Part shown: one piece after another, positions 1 to 12,200 of the stretch
Layout: every line of letters begins with the position of its first letter
Position numbering within the stretch: the first letter of the stretch is position 1
NCBI GenBank assembly: GCA_002633005.1
Contig: NMRA01000353.1
Span: 71,625-135,624 of the forward strand
Direction: 5' to 3'
Length of the DNA stretch: 64,000 nt
From: Phoronis australis
Lineage: Eukaryota > Animalia > Phoronida
Position numbers and translations under genes: made by a program
Notes under the pieces: generated by a model
What the model was told of the DNA's origin: nothing
Database searches by the model: none
What the model saw: only the letters and a program-made list of their open reading frames with translations

Positions 1-467
1 AAAGTTTTTCTCAGTTCATCATTGTCAATGCCCGTTACAATTCTGTCTCTGAGCAGGGTGTCTTTCATGCAGTCGCAGAATTGACAGTTGCGCTGCAAAT
101 GTCGTAGGTTTGTCAAGAAAACATCAAAAGACTCACCTCGCTGCTTCAAAGAGTTGAACAAATACCTTTCATATGTGACGTTGGTCTGTCCAATGATGTA
201 GTCATCAAAGCGTGTGATGGTTGTTGCGACGGTCTTCTCACCATCGAATGTAAAACCGTTGTAAATTCTCAGAGCGTCCGTGCCAATGCAGTTTAAAAAC
301 ATTGCCAGTTTATACTCTTCAGGTTGTCCATCGAGCTTTGACAAAAGGGCATAATTAGTCCACTGTTGCCTCCACAGTTCCCACTGTCCGATTCTGTCAG
401 CGGCGGACAAATCCAGTGTCTGTGGTGGTTTGATTGCGGGTAGGAATTTGTCAGTTCCCTCAGCCAT
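1..467 (-). CDS. gag: Ty3/Gypsy-type Gag, 5' part (ORF runs off the window start)
   Basis: ATG at 467, open frame to position 1: MAEGTDKFLPAIKPPQTLDL...WELWRQQWTNY...LAMFLNCIGTDALRIY...NVTYERYLFN...QRGESFDVFLTNLRHLQRNCQF...LLRDRIVTGI, a typical Gypsy Gag pattern. Absent from the ORF track because it has no stop in the window. Confidence 0.9.
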   Translation of the reverse strand, partial: MAEGTDKFLPAIKPPQTLDLSAADRIGQWELWRQQWTNYALLSKLDGQPEEYKLAMFLNCIGTDALRIYNGFTFDGEKTVATTITRFDDYIIGQTNVTYERYLFNSLKQRGESFDVFLTNLRHLQRNCQFCDCMKDTLLRDRIVTGIDNDELRKT

Positions 468-540
468 GTCAGTATCGATGTAGAATGTCTCCAACACTAA
501 AATCTGTGTTCCACTGGCTTTAACTCTAAAACCAATGAGT

Positions 541-552
541 TCGCTGCCACCA
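541..552 (-). promoter_or_regulatory. Primer-binding site, tRNA-Leu type
   Basis: Minus strand reads LTR end ...ACA then TGGTGGCAGCG, complementary to the CGCUGCCACCA 3' end of eukaryotic tRNA-Leu(AAG/TAG). Confidence 0.8.
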
Positions 553-820
553 TGTATGAAAACCTCTTTCAAACACAACTCTGTGTTACGGTTTTACGTG
601 GGTTTATTCTAGAGATCTACAAGATACATCTATTCACTATGCTGTCTAACTCTCAACTGAAAACTTGTTTGTCAGAACTAAAGATCATATGCTCATGAGT
701 CATAATCAGATTTCAGAGAATTGTTTTGCACAACTTACACAATCTATGATTCTAGCTACCAGTGCCATATAAGGTTATGTTTTGGACTCTGCAAGTTGAA
801 TGAAAACCACGAACATAACA
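553..820 (-). mobile_element. 5' LTR of the Gypsy element (268 bp)
   Basis: Minus strand TGTTATG...CATACA termini, TATA-like box near 766-772, AATAAA near 604-609, abuts the PBS. Confidence 0.8.
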
Positions 821-934
821 GGGGCCACTGTCTGTACTGGGGCCACTGTGTGTACTGGGGCCACTGTCTGTACTGGGGCCACTGTCTGTACTGGGGCCAC
901 TGTCTGTACTGGGGCCACTGTCTGTACTGGGGCC
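821..934. repeat. 18-bp minisatellite (GGGGCCACTGTCTGTACT) x~6
   Basis: Direct reading; explains the spurious WGHCLY/QWPQYR ORFs. Confidence 0.95.
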
Positions 935-1322
935 AGTTGAGGCTGTGATACTGTATAGGCTGAAACATTTACTTACACTAAATACTTTGAGCTTTAGCCA
1001 ATCACAGCCGTAGTTGTAGGCTTACCCCTGTACACAGTGTATTGTTGAACTTCTCAGTCAGGGATTACAGCTGTAATAGCGATTACGTTTAGTGAGATTG
1101 TCTTTGGTAATGAAAATGAAATTTCAAATTTGGCATTTCAATCCTTTTTGGTGGTTGTGGTCTAAAAAAGCTAGTCCACACCTGTCAATGAGACTAGGTA
1201 TATTACTGGGTTCCATTTAAGTGATAAAAGTATTGAGTAAAGATCCCTTGTGGAATCAAAAAACCGTACCTTGATGTGCAAAATGTATAACCATTTTGCC
1301 AAGCAGGGGGAGGGGCACCTGG

Positions 1323-2126
1323 TGTAAAATTTCAGCATTACTGATAGTGTCCTGTAATTTCCCTTCGATGAGTACACAGAGGTGTATCTTGGTGGAAGAG
1401 TCTAATACTCTGAGTGTTCACTACACTGAAAGTTTACTACTCGGAAGGTTTACTGCACTGAATGTTCACTGCCATTACGGCTCAGGCTATTCATAATCCA
1501 TATGGGATAATAAAACAATTATGTTCTCAGTCAGCACCATAAATCTTTTGTGAAGTGATGTTTACTTACACAGGCTAACCAAAGCTGCTTTTGCATTAGA
1601 GTTCAATGAGTTTTATTTTACTGTTCTAGAAGTTTCCAGAATGTTTGTGGTTAATATAGAATGACAGTCTGGAATATTCTTAAGTCTAGTAAATGATTGT
1701 ATAACAATTGGGTAGATTCTGGAAAGTTCTAGAATCTGCTTGAAATATTGAAAAGTCCGAAAACATTGTAAGCGACTATAAATAACGAGGCACGGGTTTT
1801 GTGGCAGTTTGTTGAAAGTCAGTAAAAGTCAGTTGCGTTGAGTTAAAGTTACAGTTGAGTAACAGTTATAGAATCAGCTGTTACAGCGTTAATCAATAGA
1901 GTCGGCTTTAAAGAGAGCAGTAACAAGTATAACTGTTACAGTTGCTTGAAGTGTCTCAGAAGTTCATCACAAGTCAAGGCTTGGCATCACTGGCTAGAGT
2001 ATAGAACAGACATTAGTGGACGTATTGTTTGAGTAGACTTCTGAACATATGGTGTATAAAGTGCTTAACTTGAACCAGTCTTCAGTCTATCATCACACCA
2101 AAACCTATTAGCATCGGTTGGTAACA
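1323..2126 (+). mobile_element. Possible solo or 3' LTR
   Basis: TGTAAAA...GGTAACA ends, purine tract AGGGGGAGGGG just upstream, repeated TCTAGA/TTCTGGA motifs, TATAAATA near 1777. No clean TSD, boundaries uncertain. Confidence 0.35.
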
Positions 2127-2892
2127 ACCTGCGCCCACCCATCCATGGGAGAAATGTGGCTGTCACTGAAAATTCTCAGTTTTTGCATTTGCAAGTTGTG
2201 TGATTTAATCAGTTGATCCACATTGTCTGCAGTGAAAGATTGGAAACTTTGCCATTTTTGAAACTTGTTTGGGGAATGTATAGTGTACGCCAAATTCCAT
2301 TGTGGGGGGGGTTGGGCACTAGTTGAACATAGTGGTGCCTGATTTTGAGAACGAGGCACTCACTGGTGAAAATGGTTTTCCATATCGGAGTCTGCTCTAT
2401 TTGACCAGTGCCGAGGGTGTACTTTTGTCATAAGGCGCTCCCTTATTCAGTTATCTGTTTGTTCTGTAGGGCTATTTAGATCATTAAGATATTGAAATAT
2501 GATGTGCACAAACCAAGGCAACAAAGGCTTTTTGTGTAAAGCCTGTGGAATGTCCTGGTACAAGATCTTAACTTCTATTGGAAAATGTGGGCTGATTCGT
2601 TGTTAATTCAAGGTATTTAAACTTTAATTGTCTTTAGTTTTAAGTTAAAGTTATATTTAAAGTTTAAGGTTTGCACATACAAATACCTTACAGACATTTA
2701 AGGTCAGTGTGGTAGTGTCAATACACTACTTGAAATCAGTCTAATTTGAAATAGTTTGAAACAACATAATTATCTCTGTGTGATTTCCATCTCTAATTGC
2801 AAACTGTATTGGTGACTGATACCACTAAATGCTGTTGGTTCTGCTTGAACTCTTCGCAAATTGAAACCTAACAATCTGCCATTTATTTTCAG

Positions 2893-3293
2893 CAAATAAG
2901 ACGTCACTTGCAGTCGGTCAAGATTGATGAGCTGTTTATGAAACAGCCTGATGGAAGCTACATGGCTCTGTCAGATGACAGGTAGTACTGTATTTATACC
3001 CATTCATTGTACTCACCCTTCGCTCTCTGTGTGTGCATAAGTGACTCTTACTGTATAGACCTGTCTTTACACCCGTTCATTGTAGTGACTATTCTCTGTC
3101 TGTGGGTGCGTAAGTGACTTATTACTGTGTAGACCGATCTTGATATCTAATTCATTTTACTGACCCTTCTCTGTGTATTTGACCCAGGTATCCATTTCAG
3201 CGCTTGGAGCATTGACTCGTATCGAAAAAAGGTCATCTATCTTTCAGATCTGTCGCCCATTATTCCATTCAACCCAACTCTATTCTGGAGACT
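2893..3293 (+). CDS. C-terminal half of a ubiquitin-like domain (exons 2893-2981 and start of 3248-3451)
   Basis: Spliced LSDDRSVAHYSIQPNSILE aligns with ubiquitin LEDGRTLSDYNIQKESTLH. Confidence 0.5.
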
Positions 3294-6200
3294 GTGTCTA
3301 ACCCGCTGTGGGTAGCAGCCATGCAGATCTTGCATTTTGAAGCAACCATGAAGCTCAATCAAGAGTTTGAGGACCGCAAAAAGCGCAACATGTGGGAACA
3401 GTCTCAGATTAGGAAAAGGACCATCATGTCTGTCTTGTACAACTCTAAAAAGTATGATGTGATTTTCTTAACTTCTGTATAGAAGAGTGTGAATTATTAA
3501 CCTTGGATATATCTAGTAGCTACACTGAACTTTGTTACCAGATGAGTCATCAGTGTCAGTTAATATGCTTTTGGAAAGTCTTTAATCAAAAATGTTGCAT
3601 GCGTTCTTTCCTTTTTACCTTTTATGAAATGATTTTCAGTTGTGTACTGAAGTCTTTGATATTGTCTGTGTATTTGCCACATGAATATATGTTTTGCGAG
3701 ATAAGTAGAGCAGTGGCTTTTTGTCCCACTTCCTGTGACGTCATGGAGGTAACTTGCTACTACATAGCAGAAATTCGCCTGAATTTTGTGAGGCCCCTTG
3801 TTGGTTTTCAAGACTATGGATGCCTGATGAGGCTCTGCAATGAGATGGTGACTCTGCCTCATTTCCAATGTTCTGAAAGTTGCAAGTGGTCTACTGACTG
3901 TCGTTTTCATTTCTATTTTTCTAGGAATGGTAAGCCAACTCAGATCATCATTTGTATTAGATTAGAACTACTTTTCCAACACCTATAATTACAAATGGGG
4001 ATTTTTTTGCCATTCAGGGAAAGCGACCGACAACCTCCTTTTTTTCTGAGAGAGGATGATCTCAATGCATTTTTGCAGCAGCTTGCTAGAAAAGGTGCTG
4101 AAATGTCTCCGATTACTCTACTATGTTTGAAGAATTATCGCATCCAGTTTGAAGAAGTGGATGTAAAGCAGGAGGAAGACCCCATAGGTTCCTTCGTAAG
4201 TCGTTACAGAAGAATACTGGCCGAGGAATACGGGGGTAACCAAACAATGGGTAAGATTGACCTCAGCTGCAAATATCACCATTGCAGATTGCAACAATAT
4301 TTTGGCCAAGAATTTGTGTCCCAAATGTATTGTCTATGTTAGAATGGAAGAAACGATTCGAAGTGGGAAAAATTATCTAATCTATAAGAATTGAATTTAG
4401 TCATATTCGATTCATATTCTGTTCCAGAAAAAATCAGTTTGTTCAACAAAAATTGCTATTGTGCTTTTAGAAATGAACTAAGTTCTGGGACTAAAACATA
4501 AATTAAGGAAGGTACCCACTTTGAAGGGAAACGAACAAACAAATTTAGAATTATTTTAAGTGAATATTTTTTTATTTTTCATTGAAAATTAAAAAGATGT
4601 GCTGGTTTCTTAAGGTTATGACCCTGACACTGACCTAGACCCATCTGCTGGCATCAATAACAGAAAGAGAAGAAAGACAGCTCCACCTGGTGGTGGTGTG
4701 TCCAGAAACAAGAGAGCCAATCCTACCATTGGTGTTGATTTGTTGAACAAAGGTGGCGCCGCTGCTGGAGCCAGAAGCCGACCAAAAAAGGTGTTTAAGA
4801 CTGTTGTTGCTTTTGGAAGTTAACTCATCTAAATGTCTTCAATGTGTGTTGTGAATTATGTCTCAATTTGTACAGTTCTCCCACAAGTAAAATAACTTAC
4901 TTGGTTGGTTTTAACTTTTCAGGGTCTATTCGAAGTTGTAAATTTGCACATTTTATCACATATCACATTTTGTGTCTTGAAAATAAACATCGAAATTGAC
5001 ATCCTTGTGTAATGAACGCATTAGCCGGATTCTGAGATGTCCATGAAAACCACTCCTATGTGTTTTCTAGTTTATGTTACTTACAAATAATGTTTTTGTT
5101 AACAATCTGTTCTTTACCAGTGTGTCTTCTGCTGATATATCTGCATGTGATGAGTATTTGATCCATGGTGCATAGTATCTTGTTCCTCTGTTTTTTGGTA
5201 GGAAAGATATTGTGATGACTGTGGGGAAGACTACCAGACTGTTGCTGCATTCTATTGCCCTGACTGTGAAGGAGGTCTGGCATTATGTGCTATCTGTTGC
5301 GATACCATTCACAGAGGTGCTGCCAGAAGAAATCACCAGGTGGCAGGTAAGTGATGATTGTCAATAGTAATAGTGGTCCTACTGATCATTTTTATGGTCG
5401 TGTCCATCATTGATGACAACTAAACAGTGCAAGTATATGACAATAGTCACTTCCCTGGATACCGCAGTGCCCTCTGATTCTGCTGGGTTTACCCACAATG
5501 CTGCACGTCCATAGTGCACTTAGCCTGCAGTTGTACTGTGGTGCTGTGCTAATCACTATTTTTGCATTAAAAACTACTCTACTGTTTTAATAAGTACAGT
5601 TTATTGTTGCATATTGAGTTGCAATGCAGACATGATTAATTTTAAAAAGATGTATGAGGCTTGAGAATTCAGTTTTTCACTTGTCTGCCTAGGCTCACAA
5701 ATGTAATTTTTGCCCTTTTTTTGAAAATTAGGTCAATCAAAAAATGCACTTTCCTACCTCCATAAAAGAGGAGAATTGAATACGCGATGTGGGAATCATC
5801 TATTTACCAACTAGGTTCCTAAATATAAATATAAATTGTTGCTAAAGTTCTGCTCCTTATTTTTTTGCTGTTTACAGTATCGTCTGGTTACGACTACCTA
5901 TAAAATCAATCGTGATTTAGAAATTCCAACGATTGCAATCTTGTGGTGTTCGTTTATTGAAGAATGTTAGTCAGCGTAAACAGCTTTTGCATATGTTGCA
6001 AGTTGATGTGTGTCATGACACTGAAGGCCGGGTTGACATGGCACGAGTTGATGTGTGTCATGACACTGAAGGCTGGGTTGACATGGCACGAGTTGATGTG
6101 TGTCATGACACTGAAGGCCGGGTTGACATGGCACGAGTTGATGTGTGTCATGACACTGAAGGCCGGGTTGACATGGCACGAGTTGATGTGTGTCATGACA

Positions 6201-9200
6201 CTGAAGGCCGGGTTGACATGGCACAAGTTGATGTGTGTCATGACACTCTCGGAACACGCAGCTATTGACACTAAGTTATTTTGCTCATGCACAAGATAAC
6301 AGTTACGCGAAGGTAAATATGAATTAATATTTACTAAATGCTTTTGGATTTCATTTTTCAGTTCTATCCAACTTGGCAAAGATTTTTTAATGTAACAGAT
6401 CTCCATGCTTGAATATTTTCGGGCTGTCACAATCTTTAGCTACCACAATCGAACCCATCGTAAATGTCCGGGGGTGTCTGTCTTGTGTGTCAAGCATGCA
6501 AGTCCATTAGGAAATGTTTATGCAGTGTGCACATGTGTTGATAGTGTTTACTTATAAAATGTGTGCAAATACTGAAGTTAGGGGACATCGTGTACTCAAT
6601 ATGCATGGTAAAGTCAGGAGGACATTGCGTACTCAATATGCATGGTGAAGTCAGGGGGACATCATGTACTCAATATGCATGGTGAAGTCCATTTCCCTAC
6701 TCTGGAATGTAATGAAATTTCTTGGAAAATGTCAATGTCATCCATACTAACTCACTGGAAAAATTTTGCACACAGTTAAGATGGCCAACAACAGCATACT
6801 TAACAAAGGGAGGTTGCAGCGTTAGCGTCAATCAGGCACAAGTTAGGTTACTGTTTGTGCTTAAAGAAGAAGAAGAGTGCCACTTTTCACTAATTGTTAG
6901 AGAAAAATATGTGGATAATTATTGATGGTCGTATTGTTAGAGTGTCTGTGAACCTGGAGAGGATACCATACCTTTTGTTGTGTGTAATCCCGTTCATAGA
7001 TGAAATTGTTGTTCTTTGATTCTCTCCCATTTCTGCTTTATTTGTAGACATTTCAACTGCACCAAAGCAGACTAAACAATATGCTCCAGAGGTGGGTGCT
7101 GTGAATTAGTTTGCTTTAAAATATTGCTTGTATGTCAGGTTAAATGTCTTTCAGCTTTTTTCAACCCTGTTATACTGGTCATTGACTGGTCACTGACTGG
7201 TCATTCCTTTAACAAACAGCTGAAAAACGTTTTTGTGATTATTGTTGGATGGAATATACTTTTTGATGTTATTAGTTTTGACCAGACCTATTAAGGAGAA
7301 TGCCATCCAAAAAACAAAATATTTTGTATCAGTTTAGATCGAGTAGTTCCGCTCGATAACAGCAAGTACAGTTCTTTTACCTGACACCTGACGGCAGAAG
7401 GTGTTGAAATTAAGCGATGACGTCAGAAGTACGAACACGATCTGCTCAGCAGTTCACAACACGCTTACTGGTGTGAGCTTATCGCTTGAATTCATCGTTT
7501 TACACCAATAAATCTTCAAAATTTGATGTAAATCTCTTACAAATACATCGAGTTATTGAACAAACGTGTTGTTTTGTTTTGCTGTTATGGATTTATAAGT
7601 ATTTAAACGTACCGTAGCCTACAAAGTTTGATTGGCCAATTTACCAAGGTCGGTCGCGAGAGTTTGGGGTCTGATAAATTCGAATCATTCTTTCGTGAAA
7701 TACAGACAGGAGAACATAGCTGTGGGTTTTAATTTTAGACTTGGAATTTTTTCAGTTCTTAACACAAAACGCTTGTTATCCTGGCCAGTGGCTCGGAACC
7801 CAATCAGGCCCATCGTTGCCGGACTGAAGACATCACGAACATTAAACCAGCCAAAGTTGGAAACTAAACTTCCAGTCACGAAAAGACTGTACTAGTGAGC
7901 CAAAGAAATAATATGCACGTGATTATTTTGATGAATTAGCTGCGAAACTGCAAATCTACGTACTTTTCGGGAGCCGCGAAGTCAGGTTCCCCTTCCACAG
8001 AACTGTCAAAGCAAAAGTTGTACAGTAACAATGATTTGAATAATGTATATGTTTTTCTATATAGAGATTTCCCTAACACACGGCCTCGGTGCACAGCCAA
8101 TTAGCTTTATTGCATCTGAACCCGGTAACGCAGTGATTTATTCATTGCTGGCTTCTCAAAACATTTGCACTCACGAACACTCCAAAGGCATTACAAATTG
8201 TATCTAATGAGACACGCTTCGTTTCAGTTTTATAAAACCTTTGGTTAGGGTGAGAATAATTCATTTTGAAACAGAACACACAATAATAAACGTCATCATG
8301 GCAACTCACTGTAACCCAATCATAATCTAGTTGCTTTGAATGCTAATTTCTTTGTATTCCTCCTTCAGCCCTACAAAGCACCCTTTGCCTTACTGGTCGC
8401 CCTGTACAGCGGATACAATGAAACACCCAAGAAACTTAGCATGGCTGAAGATGAAGTGAAAGAAAGAGCTCAGAAGTTAACTGACACTGATCTTAATGAT
8501 CGACAATATGGTAATAGGCAATGGGTGCTATGGTAACAGAGGTGTGGACAGTATGGTAATAGGCAACAGGTGCTATGGTAACAGAGGTGTGGACAATATG
8601 GTTATAGGCTGGGGGTGCTATGGTAACGGGGGTGTGGGCAATATGGTAATAGGCAACGGGTGCTATGGTAACAGAGGTGTGAATAATATGGCAATAGGCA
8701 NAATATGGTAATAGGCAACGGGTGCTATTTTAACGGGGGTGTGGGCAATATGGTAATAGGCAATGGGTGCTATGGTAACAGAGGTGTGAATAATATGCTA
8801 ATAGGCAGCGGGTGCAGTATGGTTACTTGGGTGAGGGTTAGATGGGAGGTGGAGGGAATGGCATTGGTTTATGAAGTAGGATTTGTGTAGAAAATATAGA
8901 AAAGGACAGACTTGGGATTCCATGTTACATTCTGCCAAAAGTTTACTTAGCCTGATTATTGATAAAGCATGAATATTGTATGACATGAAATTATGTAACA
9001 GGTTATTTGGTGATAGGCCACGATGAAAAACCAGCAACTTTACTTTAAGTGAAATTGTGTACTGTATAACACATGCAACGAAATGCAGAATTTAGTTTAG
9101 AGACAGATTACTGAATCAACTTAACGGGGTCATTATAAATGATATGAATGTTGTGAAGGAAATGGTCTTCTTCAGTATTATGTTTGGAGGGACAGAAAGT

Positions 9201-12200
9201 GGAGTTTCCTATAAAGCCTTGTTCCCACTATTAGTATGTTCGCACGAGTGTCTAAATTGCAAATCAAAATGTGACACCAATTTTTGCCCTTAGTTTTTTT
9301 ACTCGCCATCGGAATTTCTCTTAAGTGACAATTGATGTCAAAACAAATTCACTGTGCAATAAATTGATTACTGTGACTATAACCAAAGCCCTCTTACTGC
9401 TGTGCATGTGTGTCCTGTGAAGTAAGTGGTCTGGCTATAAAAGTTCTTGCGAAAACACCAGGGGTGAGTGGTACAGCTGGCAAAGTGACCCTTGTTACCG
9501 TTCACATGACGGGCGCTTTTGCTTTCTAGTGAAAACGCTAGAATTTTAGGCAGATTGTGAATGGAGTATGTAAATTCATTTATCTAATGGAACAATTATT
9601 ATGTTACTCCACATAATTTTTTTTGCTTGGCAGTTTGTATGCTACACACCACATTTGTTGATTGACCAACGTGGAATTTACACACAGCATGTGTCTTGTC
9701 AATTGGTTTGTTTTGGTTGAAAGACTCAAGGTGGCACTGTGATTGCCTTTTTAATGTAGCCTTTTCCATAGGCATTGCTCTGGTGTCTTGTGATAGACAA
9801 TTCTGAAACTTGGTAGACCTCTGTGAATAAATATTGTCACGGACTGCAAACAGTCTGTCACACGCTTTTCTCTACAACTTAATGTTTGTGAGTTCTTTGA
9901 GATGTAGTGATGTCTGCTCTTTTATCAACAAGTTTTTTACTGGAGGTTTATTGGTTCACCAAGCTATTTGTTACTTAATCTTAAATCGTTCTTTTTATTG
10001 TCTATCATTGTTTTCATACAATTTACAATTGTTGTTCTTTTGAATGTTTTCAGTTTGAATACAGTTTTATTGTTTTAATTTCAGGAAAGTTTGTAAGTGG
10101 CTTTGACTGTATGGATCGTTCACTGATATCAAAAGGCTTAGTACAAAAAGAAGACGCTGCCAATCCAACGTATGGGTGATCACGTATTTTAATAAAACTT
10201 TCTATCACTCGTCCTTTAACTTATGCAGTGAGGAAGTTATTGTTTGTTTCTTAGAATTTAACATTACTGTTAGTTTCATATTCATTACACCATATCTTAA
10301 ATGTCAATTGTCGTATAGTGTTTTGATTTTACTTTATTTCTGTTTCTGTTGACAAAGGACGTTATTACATCCGAAAATTTCAGTTGATCCATTCTTTTTG
10401 TTTTATTTACCTATTTATATTAGTTTCATAAATACAGTTAGTAAGTATTTTTTTGACATTTTGGGTTTTGCTGTTGACTGTTGAGATGTTTTGTAATTTA
10501 ATTTTCAGTATTTGAAACTTATGGAGATAGTTTTATGAGAAAAGCGTCTGTATTTGAAATTAAGTGATGTGAAGTTTCACTTTTTTCTCAGATAACTGTG
10601 TTCCAGACTACAGAGACTTTCCTTGACTAAAATTGCTATGAGTCACTAATCAAATATTTCTCATTAATAATTACTGAATTATTGAAACATTTCAACTAAA
10701 TATGTTCACTTCACTTGTACCTTCACCCGAATTTCTTTCGACGCAGGTATGCTTTGACAGAGTCTGGAGCGGCCCTTGCCAAACGCCTGTCCATCTACCA
10801 TGATGCTTTCTCTAGATTCAAGTTGTCCACTAATCTGCCTGTGTTACCTGATCTGGCGCAGGGACATCCTCAGGGGTAAGACTGCAGCACATCTCTACAG
10901 TGCTTTACTTTCCTTTTATCAAACCTCATTCTCAGTTTATGGTAAATTAATACAATTTACTATAAATATTGTGCCAGAACCTGGTACTAGAATGGTTTGG
11001 AACATTTTTGCAATATTAGAAGTCTTCAATGTTATGAAGATTTATTGAATTAACACATAGTAACAACCAGATTTGTTGCCATGACGAAACCCAATACAAT
11101 CTCAATATCAAATGCAAAAAATATAAATAACTGGATTAACAGTCCAAGTTAAGAAATAATTTAAAGAACTCTCCATGTGAGATCTATTACCGTAATTTTG
11201 TTCATTTGGTGGAAGTCAGTCACTGTTATAGGCTGACAATCTGAAACCTTTTCCTACTTAAGGTTTCTCACATTTTATTAGAGTGCTGAGTTCTTGTGAT
11301 GACAGCTTATACTGTTTAATTTTATTATTCTTGCTTTAGTACCCGTTGCAAAAACAGAAATGTGGTCTTGATCATTGATGAGCGAGAGAGAGACAAAGAT
11401 CGTCTGGTCGCTCAGTGTAGGCAAGCAGGTATTGCAACACAGATCCGTGAGTTACCATCAGGAGACTACATATGGCTGCTGCCACCTGTCTGGGCTGACA
11501 AGAACTACTCACAGACCATGGCAGATTTAGAAGTGGTAAGGTGGCATCCTGGATTAATTAGCATTTTTAAAACACCTTGCAGTGCTAAATAGGTCAAGCC
11601 AAAATCCCCAACTTCGAAAGTGAATAAATCAAATTAATGGTGTTCAATTTTACCGTTGAAGTAACCATGAGTACACTTGGTCTATGGTGTAAACATGTGT
11701 AATTAACTCACAGTTATTACAATATCAAAACAAAAGACTCTACTTTAAAATATGAATCAAGCATGTGGGTTTAAAATGTTATGTCTTTCATTAAATTAAG
11801 AATACATCAAAGCAGAGCCCTTGGTCTAAGCTTTGTATTCAAAATTATTTTTTACTTTCTCCATTCTACTTTGTTGCAAACTCAATAAAAATTTCTGTTA
11901 TTGGGATTGGGAAACGAGAGGTGAGTACACCATTAGCTAGAGGACCCATTACTCTGATTGGTTGGAACAAGAACCAATGACATCAATTTTGTACTTCGAT
12001 ATGGCACTTGTGTCAAAGTTGATATGTACTCACATTGGGCAATGTTTCACAAACACCAACAGTGGTTGTGATTTATCTTCAAACAGTTGTCATTTGTAAT
12101 CTGAATATATTTGGAATCCTCTTCCCTCATATGTGTTGCTTGCAGGTGCTTCCTTATATAGTTGAGCGCAAAACATGGGATGACTTGGCCAACAGTTTGA

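Noticed and set aside
721-968. Repetitive ORFs here and at 5933-6430, 8496-8890 and 35855-36310
   Set aside because: Translations of minisatellites.
2470-2612. Possible upstream exon of the nuclease gene
   Set aside because: The frame compatible with exon 2893 contains a stop; the open frame has the wrong phase.
7290-8270. CpG-rich segment starting TTAAGGAG, possibly a Kolobok-like DNA transposon
   Set aside because: No matching right TIR or coding remnant found, so it cannot be classified.
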